A stretch of 64,000 nt of DNA from an uncultured Acidobacteriota bacterium (GTDB lineage: Bacteria; Acidobacteriota; Thermoanaerobaculia; UBA5066): NCBI GenBank assembly GCA_963779415.1, contig CAVZYA010000001.1:928001-992000 (forward strand), read 5' to 3'. Positions 26,407 to 36,176 of the stretch are shown one piece after another; position 1 is the stretch's first letter; every line of letters starts with the position of its first letter. The notes beneath the pieces were generated by a model that made no database searches, had not been told where the DNA came from, and saw only the letters and a list, made by a program, of their open reading frames with translations. Made by a program: the position numbers and the translations under genes.

Positions 26407-29042
26407 TTCGTTCCCTTCAAAGCGGCCGCCCAGTTCGTGACGACGACGACGCCGTCGGGCTCGACGCCCGGCGCACGGCGTATGACGAGGAACCGCTGGC
26501 CGTCCGGGGAGACGTCGTAGGGGAAGAGATGCCAAAGGAGCTCGCCGCTCAGGTCGAACTGAAGGGGAAAGAGGGGCTGCGGCTCGCCGGGCTCCAGCCG
26601 GCCGCTCTCGGGCCGCAGGGCCACCGACATCAGCGTCCCGTCCCGTGCGACATAGAAGAGTTCGGCCCCGTTCCGGTTCCAGACCGGCATCTGCCCCCCG
26701 CCGATCGAGACCTGCCGCAGGGGGCCGTCCGGCACCGGCTGTACGTAGACTTCCCTCTGCCCCGACTCGACCGAGTCGAAGGTGCTCCACCGGCCGTCCG
26801 CCGAGATCGTGGCGTGCTCCTCCGAGAACCCCGATTCGCCGCCCAGGTGTACCGGCTGATTCGGAGCTTCCGGGGAAAGGACCTCCCGGGAATACCGGCC
26901 GGCGGCGAAGACGCTCACGAGCAGGCGCTCTCCGTCGCCGAGGAGCTGCGGGAGCATCTTGTCCTGCCCGGTCCGGGCCAGGACCTTCTCCGACCCCCCG
27001 CCCGCCGGGCGTTCGAAGATGTTGTAGAAGCCGAAGCGGTCGCCGACGTAGGCCACCCGCTCGCTGTCCGGGAACCACGCCGGGTTGAACTCGTCGGCCG
27101 GATCGGGGGTGATCCTCACGCCGGTCCCGCGTGCGGCGTCGAGGACCCAGATGTCGCCGTTCCGTGCGTGGGACGGGTCGCGGAGGGCGACGGCCACCTT
27201 CCGTCCGTCCGGCGAGATCCGGACGTCGATATACCCTGCGACCTCGCCGAGGGTCCCGAGCTCACGCCCTTTCCGGTCCACCCACACGAGACGTCGCTGC
27301 TGCGACCACGATTCGTAGGCAATACGGCTGCCGGCTGCCGAGAGCGAGAGGTAGTTGTCGACGACCGTCCAGTGGACGTTCTCGAAGGCCGGGAAGGGCT
27401 CTCCGAGGAGCCGGAGGCTGCGAGCGTCGAATCGCCAGGCGAGCACCGCGTCATCGCGGCCGAAGAGGAGGTAGCCGGGCTCCGCGTAGACGGCGGAGGA
27501 ATCCGCCGGGAAGAGGACCTTCGTCTCTCTCGAGTCGAGGGAGCCGAGCGCGATCTGCTTCTTCGTAAAGTCGGGGTTGCTCGCAAGGTAGACGAAATGC
27601 CTGCCGTCGGGGAGAAGCCAGGGCTGGTTCTGGTGAACGAACTCGCCGGCGGCGTCGGCCCCGACGGGTCCCGCCACGCCTCCCGACGCCGGAACCTTCT
27701 GAAGGGTACCGCCGAACTCCTTGGCGAAGAGGATCGTGCCGTCGGGGCCCCACGTGCCCCAAACGGCCCCCCCGCTCTCGCAGATCGACTGCGCCGGACC
27801 GCCGTCGGCGCTCATCCGCTTGAGCCTCCCCTCCGCGAAGAAGGCGATCTCCCGGCCGTCCGGCGACCAGAAGCCGCCCCGAGCGTCCTCCGTCCCGGGG
27901 AGGATCCGGAACTCGAGGCTGTCGAGGGGGCGGATCGCGAGCCGGTTCTTGCCTCCGTCGTCCCGGAGAAGCAGGAGAAGGCGCCTCGAGTCCGGGGAAA
28001 GGAGGGCGATGGGCATAAGGTTCTGACCCGGGGGCGCGAGGATCTTGAATCGCGTCCGCTCTCCGGACGGCGTCCCGCCCCGAGACCGGGCGAGGCCGGT
28101 GACTCCGAGCACGAGTGCGAGGGCGGCGACGGCCCACGCGAGCCACTCGCGCCCCGGTCGCCGTGAGGCCGCGGCGGCCGAGCCGGCCCCCGATCCTTCC
28201 CCGATCCACGCGAGCTCCCGGGCGATGTCGCCCGCGCTCTGCCAGCGCTCGTCGGGATCCTTGGCAAGGCAGGTCCTGACGAGACGCTCGAGCGCCGGCG
28301 GCGTCATCGGCTGGATCGTCGAGATCGAAGGGGGATCGCCCGATAGGATCGCCGAGATCAGCGCGGCCTGACTCTTTCCGGAGAAAGCCTTCTTTCCCGT
28401 CACCATCTCGTAGAGGACGGCGCCGAAGGCGAAGATGTCCGAGCGGGCGTCGGCCTCCTTTCCCTCGAGCTGCTCGGGCGCCATGTAGGAAGGCGTCCCG
28501 AGGATCATCCCCTCCCGGGTCACGTCCTTCGCGGACGTCGGGGCCGAGGTGAGGGATTCGACGGCGTCTCTCGTCGTCAGGGACTTCGCCAGCCCGAAGT
28601 CGAGAAGCTTGACGCCCGACGGGGTCACCATGATGTTGCCCGGCTTCAGGTCGCGGTGGACGATCGCCTTTCGATGCGCCGCATCGAGGGCCGAAGCGAT
28701 CCTCTCCCCGAGGCTCAGCGCCTGCCGCAAGGGGAGGGGCCCGCGCGCGATCCGGTCCGCCAGCGTTTCGCCCTCGACCAGCTCCATGACGAGGAGATGT
28801 CTTCCCCCAATTTCTTCGAAGGAGTAGAGGGTGGCGATCCCCGGATGGTTCAGGCTCGCCAGCATGCGAGCCTCTCGCTCGAACCTCTGCCTTCTCTCTT
28901 CATTTTCGAAGAACTCTTCCGGCAGGACCTTCAAGGCAACCGTTCGCCCAAGAAGGGTATCCGTCGCCCGGTAGACCTCGCCCATCCCCCCCGCGCCGAG
29001 GGGAGCCGTGATCCGGTAATGAGCCAGCACCGTGCCGATCAT
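26403..29042 (-). CDS. K6: Ser/Thr protein kinase with TM helix and TolB-like propeller
   Basis: GAGGMG, VALK, HRDLKPGN, DFG, YMAPE; TM WLAWAVAALALVLGVTGLA; ATGA overlap with K5. Confidence 0.93.
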   Translation of the reverse strand: MIGTVLAHYRITAPLGAGGMGEVYRATDTLLGRTVALKVLPEEFFENEERRQRFEREARMLASLNHPGIATLYSFEEIGGRHLLVMELVEGETLADRIARGPLPLRQALSLGERIASALDAAHRKAIVHRDLKPGNIMVTPSGVKLLDFGLAKSLTTRDAVESLTSAPTSAKDVTREGMILGTPSYMAPEQLEGKEADARSDIFAFGAVLYEMVTGKKAFSGKSQAALISAILSGDPPSISTIQPMTPPALERLVRTCLAKDPDERWQSAGDIARELAWIGEGSGAGSAAAASRRPGREWLAWAVAALALVLGVTGLARSRGGTPSGERTRFKILAPPGQNLMPIALLSPDSRRLLLLLRDDGGKNRLAIRPLDSLEFRILPGTEDARGGFWSPDGREIAFFAEGRLKRMSADGGPAQSICESGGAVWGTWGPDGTILFAKEFGGTLQKVPASGGVAGPVGADAAGEFVHQNQPWLLPDGRHFVYLASNPDFTKKQIALGSLDSRETKVLFPADSSAVYAEPGYLLFGRDDAVLAWRFDARSLRLLGEPFPAFENVHWTVVDNYLSLSAAGSRIAYESWSQQRRLVWVDRKGRELGTLGEVAGYIDVRISPDGRKVAVALRDPSHARNGDIWVLDAARGTGVRITPDPADEFNPAWFPDSERVAYVGDRFGFYNIFERPAGGGSEKVLARTGQDKMLPQLLGDGERLLVSVFAAGRYSREVLSPEAPNQPVHLGGESGFSEEHATISADGRWSTFDSVESGQREVYVQPVPDGPLRQVSIGGGQMPVWNRNGAELFYVARDGTLMSVALRPESGRLEPGEPQPLFPLQFDLSGELLWHLFPYDVSPDGQRFLVIRRAPGVEPDGVVVVTNWAAALKGTK
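28810..28928. repeat. 119-bp patch in the K6 N-lobe, repeated at 33119-33237 in K7
   Basis: Manual alignment, 3 mismatches. Confidence 0.85.
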
Positions 29043-29088
29043 CCGGACGTAACCGTTCCTTCCTCGCCCTGTCGTCGCCGTGGTTCCG

Positions 29089-30580
29089 TCACCGCGCCTT
29101 CTTCCCGCAGGCTTCGGAAAACCCGAGCTGACAGGCCCTGCGGAAGAACTCGACCGCGCGGCGACGATCGCGAGTCACTCCGTTCCCCTTCTCGTAGGCG
29201 ACGCCGAGGTCGAAGCACCCCTCGCCGTCGCCGCCCTTGCAGGCGAGGTCCAGGAAGGAGGCGGCCTTCGCCGCGTCCGGCACCACGCCCGCGCCGGCGG
29301 AGTAGACGGCCGCCGCGTTGAAGCAGCCGAACGAGTCTCCTCTGCCGCACCCGAGCTCCGAAAGCTCGCGGCCCTTCGTCAGGTCCTTCGGAATGCCATC
29401 GCCGGCGATGAAAAGGCCTCCGAGGAGCGAACAGGCACGCGAGCCGTTCTCGGAGGAGTGAACGTCGTCGGGGTTGGGCGTCCGATCGCAGGCCTCCCGG
29501 AAGATGGCGGCCGCACGCGGTTCGTCCACCTCGACGCCGATTCCGTCTCGGTACGCGCGCCCGAGGTTCACGCAGCCGCCCAGGTTCGACGGCTGGCAGC
29601 TCGTGCCCTCGCACCCGCGCCGGTAGAGCGCAACGGCCCGGGACTTGTCCGTCGCGACTCCTCTGCCTTTCTCGTAGAGGAAGCCGAGGTTGGTGCAGCC
29701 GGTCGTGCTGCCGAGGGTGCAGGCCTCCTCGTACCCCGCCACGGCGCGCGCGACGTCGTGGGCGCCACCGCGCCCCTCATCGGCCATGAGCGCCGCGTTG
29801 TAGCACCCCTGCGCGTCGCCGAGGTCGCACGCCTCGTTGTAGAGCGCGGTGGCGCGGTGGTCGTCCTTCTTCACGAACTTTCCCGTTGCATGGAGGAATG
29901 CCAGGTTCGCGCAGCCGGCGCCGCTCCCGAGCTTGCAGGATCGTTCGGCCGCGGCGACGGATTCGCTTCCCTTGTCCGGCTCGTCCATGAGCTGCAGGGC
30001 CTCGTAGGCACATGCCTCTGCGGAGCCGGAATTGCAGGCCTCCTTGAAGAGCTCGAGAGCGCGCGCGACTTTCGGCCCTCCCCGGCGGCTCCAGAGGAGC
30101 CAGCCCTCCCGGAAGCAGGCGCTCGCGCGGCCGTCCTGACAGGCTTTCTCGAGGAGGGCGTCCTGGTCGACCGCAGACAACAGTCACGTCGAATCTCGTT
30201 CCCGCTCGCCACACCGAGACGCGGACGGGACCACACGAGCGGTTGAAGGCGGCGTCGCCGAAGTCGCAGTCGGTCGCGATGTGAGCCGTGCCGATTTCCT
30301 CCACGACGTCGTTCGGGCGGATCTCCGCCGCCTCGGCGGGGCCTCCGGGCCAGACGTCGGTCACGACCGCGCCCCGGAGCTCCTCCGGCAGAGCGAGCCT
30401 CTTCCGGAGCTGCCTCGAGAGGGGGCCGGCGTCGATGCCGAGCGTTCCGAGGCACCGCGCGGCCGCGGCGGGCGGCGAAGGCGCCGGCGCGGAGGAGGTG
30501 CCGGCGCAGCCTGCGGTCAGAACCGCGGCTCCCAAGGCGATTGCCGCGTCAAGCCGTGCCAAAACCCGTCCGGTCCTCAT
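29089..30580 (-). CDS. Lipoprotein with PDZ domain and Cys-rich Sel1-like repeats; one +1 frameshift near 30181 as assembled
   Basis: LTAGC lipobox; GAVVTDVWPGGPAEAAEIRPNDVVEEI (PDZ); ACxLGxxxGCxNLGxLY repeats; ATGA overlap with K7; removing one base gives ...FDVTLSAVDQ... Confidence 0.82.
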
Positions 30581-33360
30581 CGAGCGTCCTTCGTCCCTTC
30601 CCCGGCCCCCAGGCCCTGGCCCCAGTTGAGCGCGATGGCCACCTGACGGCCCTGCGACCCCTCTCTCCGAAACTCGACGAACGCAAAACGCTTTCCGTCG
30701 GACGAGACGTCCCAATTGACGATCGGGTTCGTCCTCCACGAGTACCCCTCGAGCCCTCCGAAGACGAGCTGGGCCGGCCCTGCCCGGAAAGACGGACGCG
30801 TCTCCACATCCACCTTCATCACACGGGAGTTCTGGATGAAGAAGAGCTCGCGGCCGTTCCCGGACCACTTCGGAAACCCTCCGAGGTCCGGCGAAACCTG
30901 CCATCTCGCGTCCCCCTCGAGTGGCCTGACGAAGACAGAGATGCTCCCCGATCCCGCGGCTCCGTTGTAGGCGATGTAGCGGCCGTCGGGCGAGAAGGCG
31001 GGAGCGGCGGCGTCGGGGGCGAAGACGCGGCTCTTGCCGGTCTGTACGTCGACCAGCCGAAGCTCTCTCGCGTTGACGTCCGTGTAGGCGAGAAGCCGGC
31101 CATCGGGGCTCCAGGCAGTCGGAATGACCGCACGGGTTGACGTCTCGCCGATGAGAGTCGCCGAGCCGCTCCCGTCGGCAGGCTTCCGGTGGATTCCCGG
31201 CGACTCGCCCGCCGTCACGACAAAGGCGATCTGCTTGCCGTCCGGGGACCAGACCGGTGCGGCACTGTACTCGTCGAACGTGAGACGGTTTGGCGCCATG
31301 TCGGAGAGCGAGAGCGTCCAGACGTCTCCCGCAAGGCCTCCCCGCCCCTTCCCCACGTTGAAGGCCAGACGCCGGCCGTCCGGCGAGAAGACCGGCGTGT
31401 TGTAGTCCTGCGGCGGCAACGGCAGCCGCGTCGGCTTTCCGCTCCGGTCGATCAGGGTCAGCCAGGACTGGCCCGTCATCGCGCTTCCCGGAACCCAGGC
31501 GAGAGTGCCGTTCCGGGCGACGGAGAGATAGGAGACTCCGCTCGTCGGGTCCCCTCCAAGCTCGCGGAGCACCGGATAGGGCTCCCCCCGGACGGTGGCC
31601 GTCTTCGGATCGAATGCGATCGCAAAGAGGGTCCCGAGACGTACGAAGACGAGCCGGTCGGGCCCCACGAAGCGTGCCGTGCTCGCACCCTTGACGAGCG
31701 TTCGGATCTTGCCTTCGGAGACGACCGCGATGTCGGCACCGTCGTAGTTCTGCGGGCTGTTCTCCCATCCGATCGTGAAGAGGATCCCGGCTCCGTTCGG
31801 CAGGGCCTCGGGCCAGCGGAACGTCCGTTCGTTCTTCTTCGGGTCGGGTTTGGCGAGCTCCATAGGGGCGCCACCGCCCGCCGGAACACGCATGAGGCCT
31901 GAGGCGTATTCCGGCGAATAGACGATCGTGTCGTCCGGCGCCCAGCAGCCTCCGCGAGGCGCCGGCGCGTCGGCGAGCGTCACGGGAATCCCTCCGGACA
32001 GAAGCAGCTTCTTCAGCTTCCCGTCGGCGAAGAAGGCGATCCACTCTCCGTCCGGCGAGAAGAACGGGTTGCTCGCCCCCTCGCTTCCGGAGATGACCGC
32101 GCCGTGAAGCTCCTCGAGCGACCGGAGCACGAGGTGAGAAATGCCGGTCTTTTCGTCGAGGGCCTGCATGACGAGCCAGCGGCCGTCCGCCGAGAGGGCC
32201 ATGTCGGCCACGTCGTCCAGGACGAGCCGCGACCCCTCCGGCAGGGGCACCGTGAAGCGCGTGATCCCCTTCGGCGCGATCTTCGGGGCACGAGCGCGCA
32301 GCGCGAGCGCCCCCGTCGCGGCCGCGAATGCGGCCGCAATCGCCCAGGAGAGATAGAGAGACTTTCTGCTCCCTCGCGTTCGACTCGCAGAAGCGTCGCG
32401 ACCTACAGTGGAACTTGGCGAGGCGGTCTTTTCTTCGAAGGGTAATGGGCCGGAGGAGCTCGCCGACGCGCCGAGCTCTTCCTCGAGGGCGATCCGCGCG
32501 TCCCCGATGTCGCGCAGGCGCTGCTTCACGTCACGCTGAAGGCACCGGTGCAGCAGCTCTCTCACCTTAGAAGAAACCGGCGCGCGAAGCGCGCTCCAGT
32601 CCGGCTCCTTCGTCAGCAACGCGGCCAGCGTGTCGCTGACGGTCTCCCCTTCGAAGGCCCGCTTCCCCGTCAGCATCTCGTAGAGGACGCAGCCGAAAGC
32701 CCAGACGTCCGTCCGCTTGTCGAGCGGCTTGCCGCGCGCCTGCTCGGGGCTCATGTACGCGGCCGTCCCGAGGATCACCCCCGCCGCCGTGGCGCGAGCC
32801 GTGAGCGTCGGCGACTTCGTCTGCCCCCCGCCGCTTCCGCTCTTCTCGTTCGACGAATCGCCTTCGAAGATCTTCGCGAGGCCGAAGTCGAGGAGCTTCA
32901 CCCGCCCGTCGGGCGTGACCTTGACGTTCGCCGGTTTCAGGTCCCGATGGACGATCCCCTTCTCGTGCGCCGCTTCCAGCGCCTCGGCGATCTGCTTCGC
33001 GTATGCGAGTGATTCGTCCAGCGGAAGCGGGCCCGGGACGAGTCGCTGCCCGAGGTCTTCTCCCTCGACGAGCTCCATGACGAGAAGGTGGCGGGAGGAA
33101 GAAGACGAGGACCCGGGGATTTCTTCGAAGGAGTAGAGGGTGGCGATCCCCGGATGGTTCAGGCTCGCCAACATGCGAGCCTCTCGCTCGAACCTCTGCC
33201 TTCTCTCTTCACTTTCGAAGAATTCTTCCGGCAGGACTTTCAGCGCAACGTCTCTACCGAGCCGCGTGTCCTTCGCCCGCCAGACCTCCCCCATCCCGCC
33301 CGCACCGAGGGGGCTCTGGATCTCGTACGAGCCGAGGCGGGTGCCGGCGGCGAGCGTCAA
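30577..33360 (-). CDS. K7: Ser/Thr protein kinase with TM helix and TolB-like propeller (mosaic gene)
   Basis: TTG start at 33360 after GAGGAAG; HRDLKPAN, DFG, TAAYMSPE; TM LYLSWAIAAAFAAATGALAL. Confidence 0.92.
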   Translation of the reverse strand: MTLAAGTRLGSYEIQSPLGAGGMGEVWRAKDTRLGRDVALKVLPEEFFESEERRQRFEREARMLASLNHPGIATLYSFEEIPGSSSSSSRHLLVMELVEGEDLGQRLVPGPLPLDESLAYAKQIAEALEAAHEKGIVHRDLKPANVKVTPDGRVKLLDFGLAKIFEGDSSNEKSGSGGGQTKSPTLTARATAAGVILGTAAYMSPEQARGKPLDKRTDVWAFGCVLYEMLTGKRAFEGETVSDTLAALLTKEPDWSALRAPVSSKVRELLHRCLQRDVKQRLRDIGDARIALEEELGASASSSGPLPFEEKTASPSSTVGRDASASRTRGSRKSLYLSWAIAAAFAAATGALALRARAPKIAPKGITRFTVPLPEGSRLVLDDVADMALSADGRWLVMQALDEKTGISHLVLRSLEELHGAVISGSEGASNPFFSPDGEWIAFFADGKLKKLLLSGGIPVTLADAPAPRGGCWAPDDTIVYSPEYASGLMRVPAGGGAPMELAKPDPKKNERTFRWPEALPNGAGILFTIGWENSPQNYDGADIAVVSEGKIRTLVKGASTARFVGPDRLVFVRLGTLFAIAFDPKTATVRGEPYPVLRELGGDPTSGVSYLSVARNGTLAWVPGSAMTGQSWLTLIDRSGKPTRLPLPPQDYNTPVFSPDGRRLAFNVGKGRGGLAGDVWTLSLSDMAPNRLTFDEYSAAPVWSPDGKQIAFVVTAGESPGIHRKPADGSGSATLIGETSTRAVIPTAWSPDGRLLAYTDVNARELRLVDVQTGKSRVFAPDAAAPAFSPDGRYIAYNGAAGSGSISVFVRPLEGDARWQVSPDLGGFPKWSGNGRELFFIQNSRVMKVDVETRPSFRAGPAQLVFGGLEGYSWRTNPIVNWDVSSDGKRFAFVEFRREGSQGRQVAIALNWGQGLGAGEGTKDAR
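32291..32462. repeat. 172-bp juxtamembrane+TM patch of K7, repeated at 35076-35247 in K8
   Basis: Manual alignment, 1 mismatch (32399/35184); a diverged third copy lies in K5 at about 25352-25530. Confidence 0.9.
33257..33345. repeat. 89-bp identical 5' patch of K7, repeated at 36036-36124 in K8
   Basis: Manual alignment, no mismatches. Confidence 0.9.
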
Positions 33361-33370
33361 GCGGTCTTCC

Positions 33371-36139
33371 TCATCGCGTGCACCTCGCGCGGTCGACGCC
33401 GGCAACGCCCTGGGCCGTCATGAGACTCGAGACCTGCTCCCATTCCGCGAGGCAGATCTTCTTCCCGTCGGGCGAGATCGCGAAGGTCTCCGCTACCCAG
33501 TCCGGTTCGAGCCCGGCGAGGGGCCGGCGCGTGGACGCCGTGTCCCGCCCGGGCACGAAATCCTGGGCGAAGATCCCGACGCGCCCCTTCGCGTCGACGG
33601 AGACGAATGCGATCGCCTTGCCGTCGGGCATCCACCGGGCACGGCCCGCGATCTGCTCCACCCGCCGGGTCGTGGCTCCCAGCCGGATCGAGAACGGCAG
33701 GAGCGTTCCATCCGAAATGCGGACGACCTTGACCGCGCTGTCCTCCGTCAGGCGCGCGAACGTGAAGAGCGCGTACTGGCCGTCGGGCGAGACCTCGGGC
33801 CATTCTCCGAGGCCGGAAAAGAGGATCGCCGGCTCGCTGCCGTCGGGCCGGACCTTCCAGATACCGAATTTCTTCCGATCCCCCGAGGCATAGATGACCC
33901 ACTCTCCGCCGGGCGTGGCCGTCGCGTTCTCGGCGTCGACACCGTCGTGCGTGACCTGCCGAGCCCCGCTCCCGTCGGCGTCGGCCATCCAGATCTCGAA
34001 GTTACCGGAGCGGTCCGAGCTGAAGACCAGGTGCTTTCCGTCGGGCGTCAGCGCGGGGTCGTAGTCCACCGAAGGGCTGTCCGTCAGCCGCCGGACGGCG
34101 CCGGTACGCGGCTGGAGACTCCAGACGTCGACGTTTCCGCCGCGAAGGGCCGAATAGACGATCCACTCCCCGTCGGGCGAGTACCGGGGCTGGCGGTTCA
34201 TCCCGAGCCCGCGAGTGAGCCAGACATCCGGCGCCCCGGCGCCAGCGCCCGCCACCTCTCGCAGGTTCACCCGGTTCGAGCTGACGTCGAAGACGAGGTG
34301 TCCGGGGCCCAGCACGTCGACCGCCGAGACGCGGCTCGGACTCTCGAGCACGGGAGACTGCCCTCCCGTCTCGGAGTCCATCCGCTCGATCGTGCAGGCG
34401 GCGGCTTCGAAGAGGCTCAGCACCGGCGAGACCCGCGCGAGCAGGATCTCGCGTCCCGTCCCCATCCAGACGGCCGAGGAGATCTCCGCGGAGCGCCCGG
34501 CCCCGAGGTCGCGCGTCGCGCTTCCGTCGCTCGCCACCAGGACAGGTCCGGCGTAGGCGGCCGCGCCCAGCGAATGCGGAAAGCAGACGATCCATTTCCC
34601 GTCCGGCGACCAGGCGGGCCAGTCGAACGGCACGGTCGTGGACCGGTAGATCTCGCGCGGCTCTCCGCCGTCGGCCGAACCGACCGTGAGCGCCCAGAGC
34701 TGTCGCCCTTCCTCTTTCCCTTCTCGGACCCATGCGAGCCGCCGTCCGTCGCACGACCAGGCGCCGTCGGTCGCGTTGGCGACGAGCCGCCTCGGCTCCC
34801 CTCCGAGGACGCCGACCCGGTAGAGCGAGGAGACCGCGTCTTCGCGCCGGACGAAGAGAAGGGAGGTTCCGTCGGGAGAGAAGCGCGGCCGGTCGTCCGG
34901 TCCCGACGTCAGCGGCCGCTCGTCACCGTCCGGCATCTGCTTGAGCCAGATCCGGTCCCGACCGTCCCGGTCGGAGACGAAGGCGACGAGCTTCCCGTCC
35001 GGCGAGGCGGCGGGAAACCAGTCGTGACCGGAATCGGTCAGCGGCTGCACGACGAGTGGCTGCGGCGCGGGGGCGCGAGCGCGCAGCGCGAGCGCCCCCG
35101 TCGCGGCCGCGAATGCGGCCGCAATCGCCCAGGAGAGATAGAGAGACTTTCTGCTCCCTCGCGTTCGACTCGCAGAAGCGTCGTGACCTACAGTGGAACT
35201 TGGCGAGGCGGTCTTTTCTTCGAAGGGTAATGGGCCGGAGGAGCTCGATGCACCCGCCGCGCTCATTTCCTCCAAGTCGACGCGCGCGTCGCCGATGTCC
35301 CGCAGCCTCAGCTTCGCGTCGCGCCTCAGGCACTTTCGAAGAATCTCTTTGACTTTCTCCGGCGTTTCCGCCGGCAGCGCGCTCCAGTCCGGCTCCTTCG
35401 TCAGCAACGCGGCCAGCGTGTCGCTGACCGTCTCCCCTTCGAAGGCCCTCTTCCCCGTCAGCATCTCGTAGAGGACGCACCCAAAGGCCCAGACGTCGGT
35501 TCGCTTGTCGACGGTCTTCCCCCGGGCCTGCTCCGGCGACATATACGCCGCCGTCCCGAGGATCACCCCCGCCGCCGTCGCGCGGGCCGTGAGCGTCGGT
35601 GAGTGTGTGACAGAAGGGGCAGAGCCGGGCCCGCCGTCCCCCTCGAAGATCTTCGCGAGGCCGAAGTCCAGAAGCTTCACCCTTCCATCCGGCGTCACCT
35701 TGACGTTCCCGGGCTTGAGGTCCCGGTGGACGATCCCCTTCTCGTGCGCCGCTTCCAGCGCCTCGGCGATCTGACGGGAAAGAGAAAGATATTCTTCGAG
35801 GGGGATGGGACCGGAGAGCAGCTTCTGAGCAAGATCCTCACCTTCGACGAGCTCCATCACGAGAAGGTGGCGCGAGGAAGAAGACGAGGATCCGGGGATT
35901 TCTTCGAAGGAATGGATGGCCGCGATCCCCGGATGATTGAGGCTCGCGAGCGTGCGTGCTTCGCGCTCGAAGCGGGCGACGCGGTCTTTGTCTTCGAAGA
36001 ATTCTTCCGGCAGCACCTTGATCGCGACGTCTCTCCCGAGCCGCGTGTCCTTCGCCCGCCAGACCTCCCCCATCCCGCCCGCACCGAGGGGGCTCTGGAT
36101 CTCGTACGAGCCGAGGCGGGTGCCCGCGGCGAGGCTCAT
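33371..36139 (-). CDS. K8: Ser/Thr protein kinase with TM helix and TolB/PD40 propeller of the K2 type
   Basis: Start MSLAAGTRLGSYE at 36139; HRDLKPGN, DFG, TAAYMSPE; ectodomain LTDSGHDWFPAASPDG...SSDRSGN. Confidence 0.92.
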   Translation of the reverse strand: MSLAAGTRLGSYEIQSPLGAGGMGEVWRAKDTRLGRDVAIKVLPEEFFEDKDRVARFEREARTLASLNHPGIAAIHSFEEIPGSSSSSSRHLLVMELVEGEDLAQKLLSGPIPLEEYLSLSRQIAEALEAAHEKGIVHRDLKPGNVKVTPDGRVKLLDFGLAKIFEGDGGPGSAPSVTHSPTLTARATAAGVILGTAAYMSPEQARGKTVDKRTDVWAFGCVLYEMLTGKRAFEGETVSDTLAALLTKEPDWSALPAETPEKVKEILRKCLRRDAKLRLRDIGDARVDLEEMSAAGASSSSGPLPFEEKTASPSSTVGHDASASRTRGSRKSLYLSWAIAAAFAAATGALALRARAPAPQPLVVQPLTDSGHDWFPAASPDGKLVAFVSDRDGRDRIWLKQMPDGDERPLTSGPDDRPRFSPDGTSLLFVRREDAVSSLYRVGVLGGEPRRLVANATDGAWSCDGRRLAWVREGKEEGRQLWALTVGSADGGEPREIYRSTTVPFDWPAWSPDGKWIVCFPHSLGAAAYAGPVLVASDGSATRDLGAGRSAEISSAVWMGTGREILLARVSPVLSLFEAAACTIERMDSETGGQSPVLESPSRVSAVDVLGPGHLVFDVSSNRVNLREVAGAGAGAPDVWLTRGLGMNRQPRYSPDGEWIVYSALRGGNVDVWSLQPRTGAVRRLTDSPSVDYDPALTPDGKHLVFSSDRSGNFEIWMADADGSGARQVTHDGVDAENATATPGGEWVIYASGDRKKFGIWKVRPDGSEPAILFSGLGEWPEVSPDGQYALFTFARLTEDSAVKVVRISDGTLLPFSIRLGATTRRVEQIAGRARWMPDGKAIAFVSVDAKGRVGIFAQDFVPGRDTASTRRPLAGLEPDWVAETFAISPDGKKICLAEWEQVSSLMTAQGVAGVDRARCTR

Positions 36140-36176
36140 CGAATGCACGACATGTTCATGCAACACGATCGGCCGG

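Noticed and set aside
26407-27078. N-terminal extension of the 1139-aa ORF (K5), and similar extensions on K3, K7, K8, K10 and the S10 peptidase
   Set aside because: Off-frame read-through of the upstream gene or intergenic DNA; paralog alignment and RBS positions define later starts
36140-36176. Imperfect palindrome TGCACGA-CATGT-TCATGCA upstream of K8
   Set aside because: Short, mismatched and not repeated at other junctions; cannot be told apart from chance
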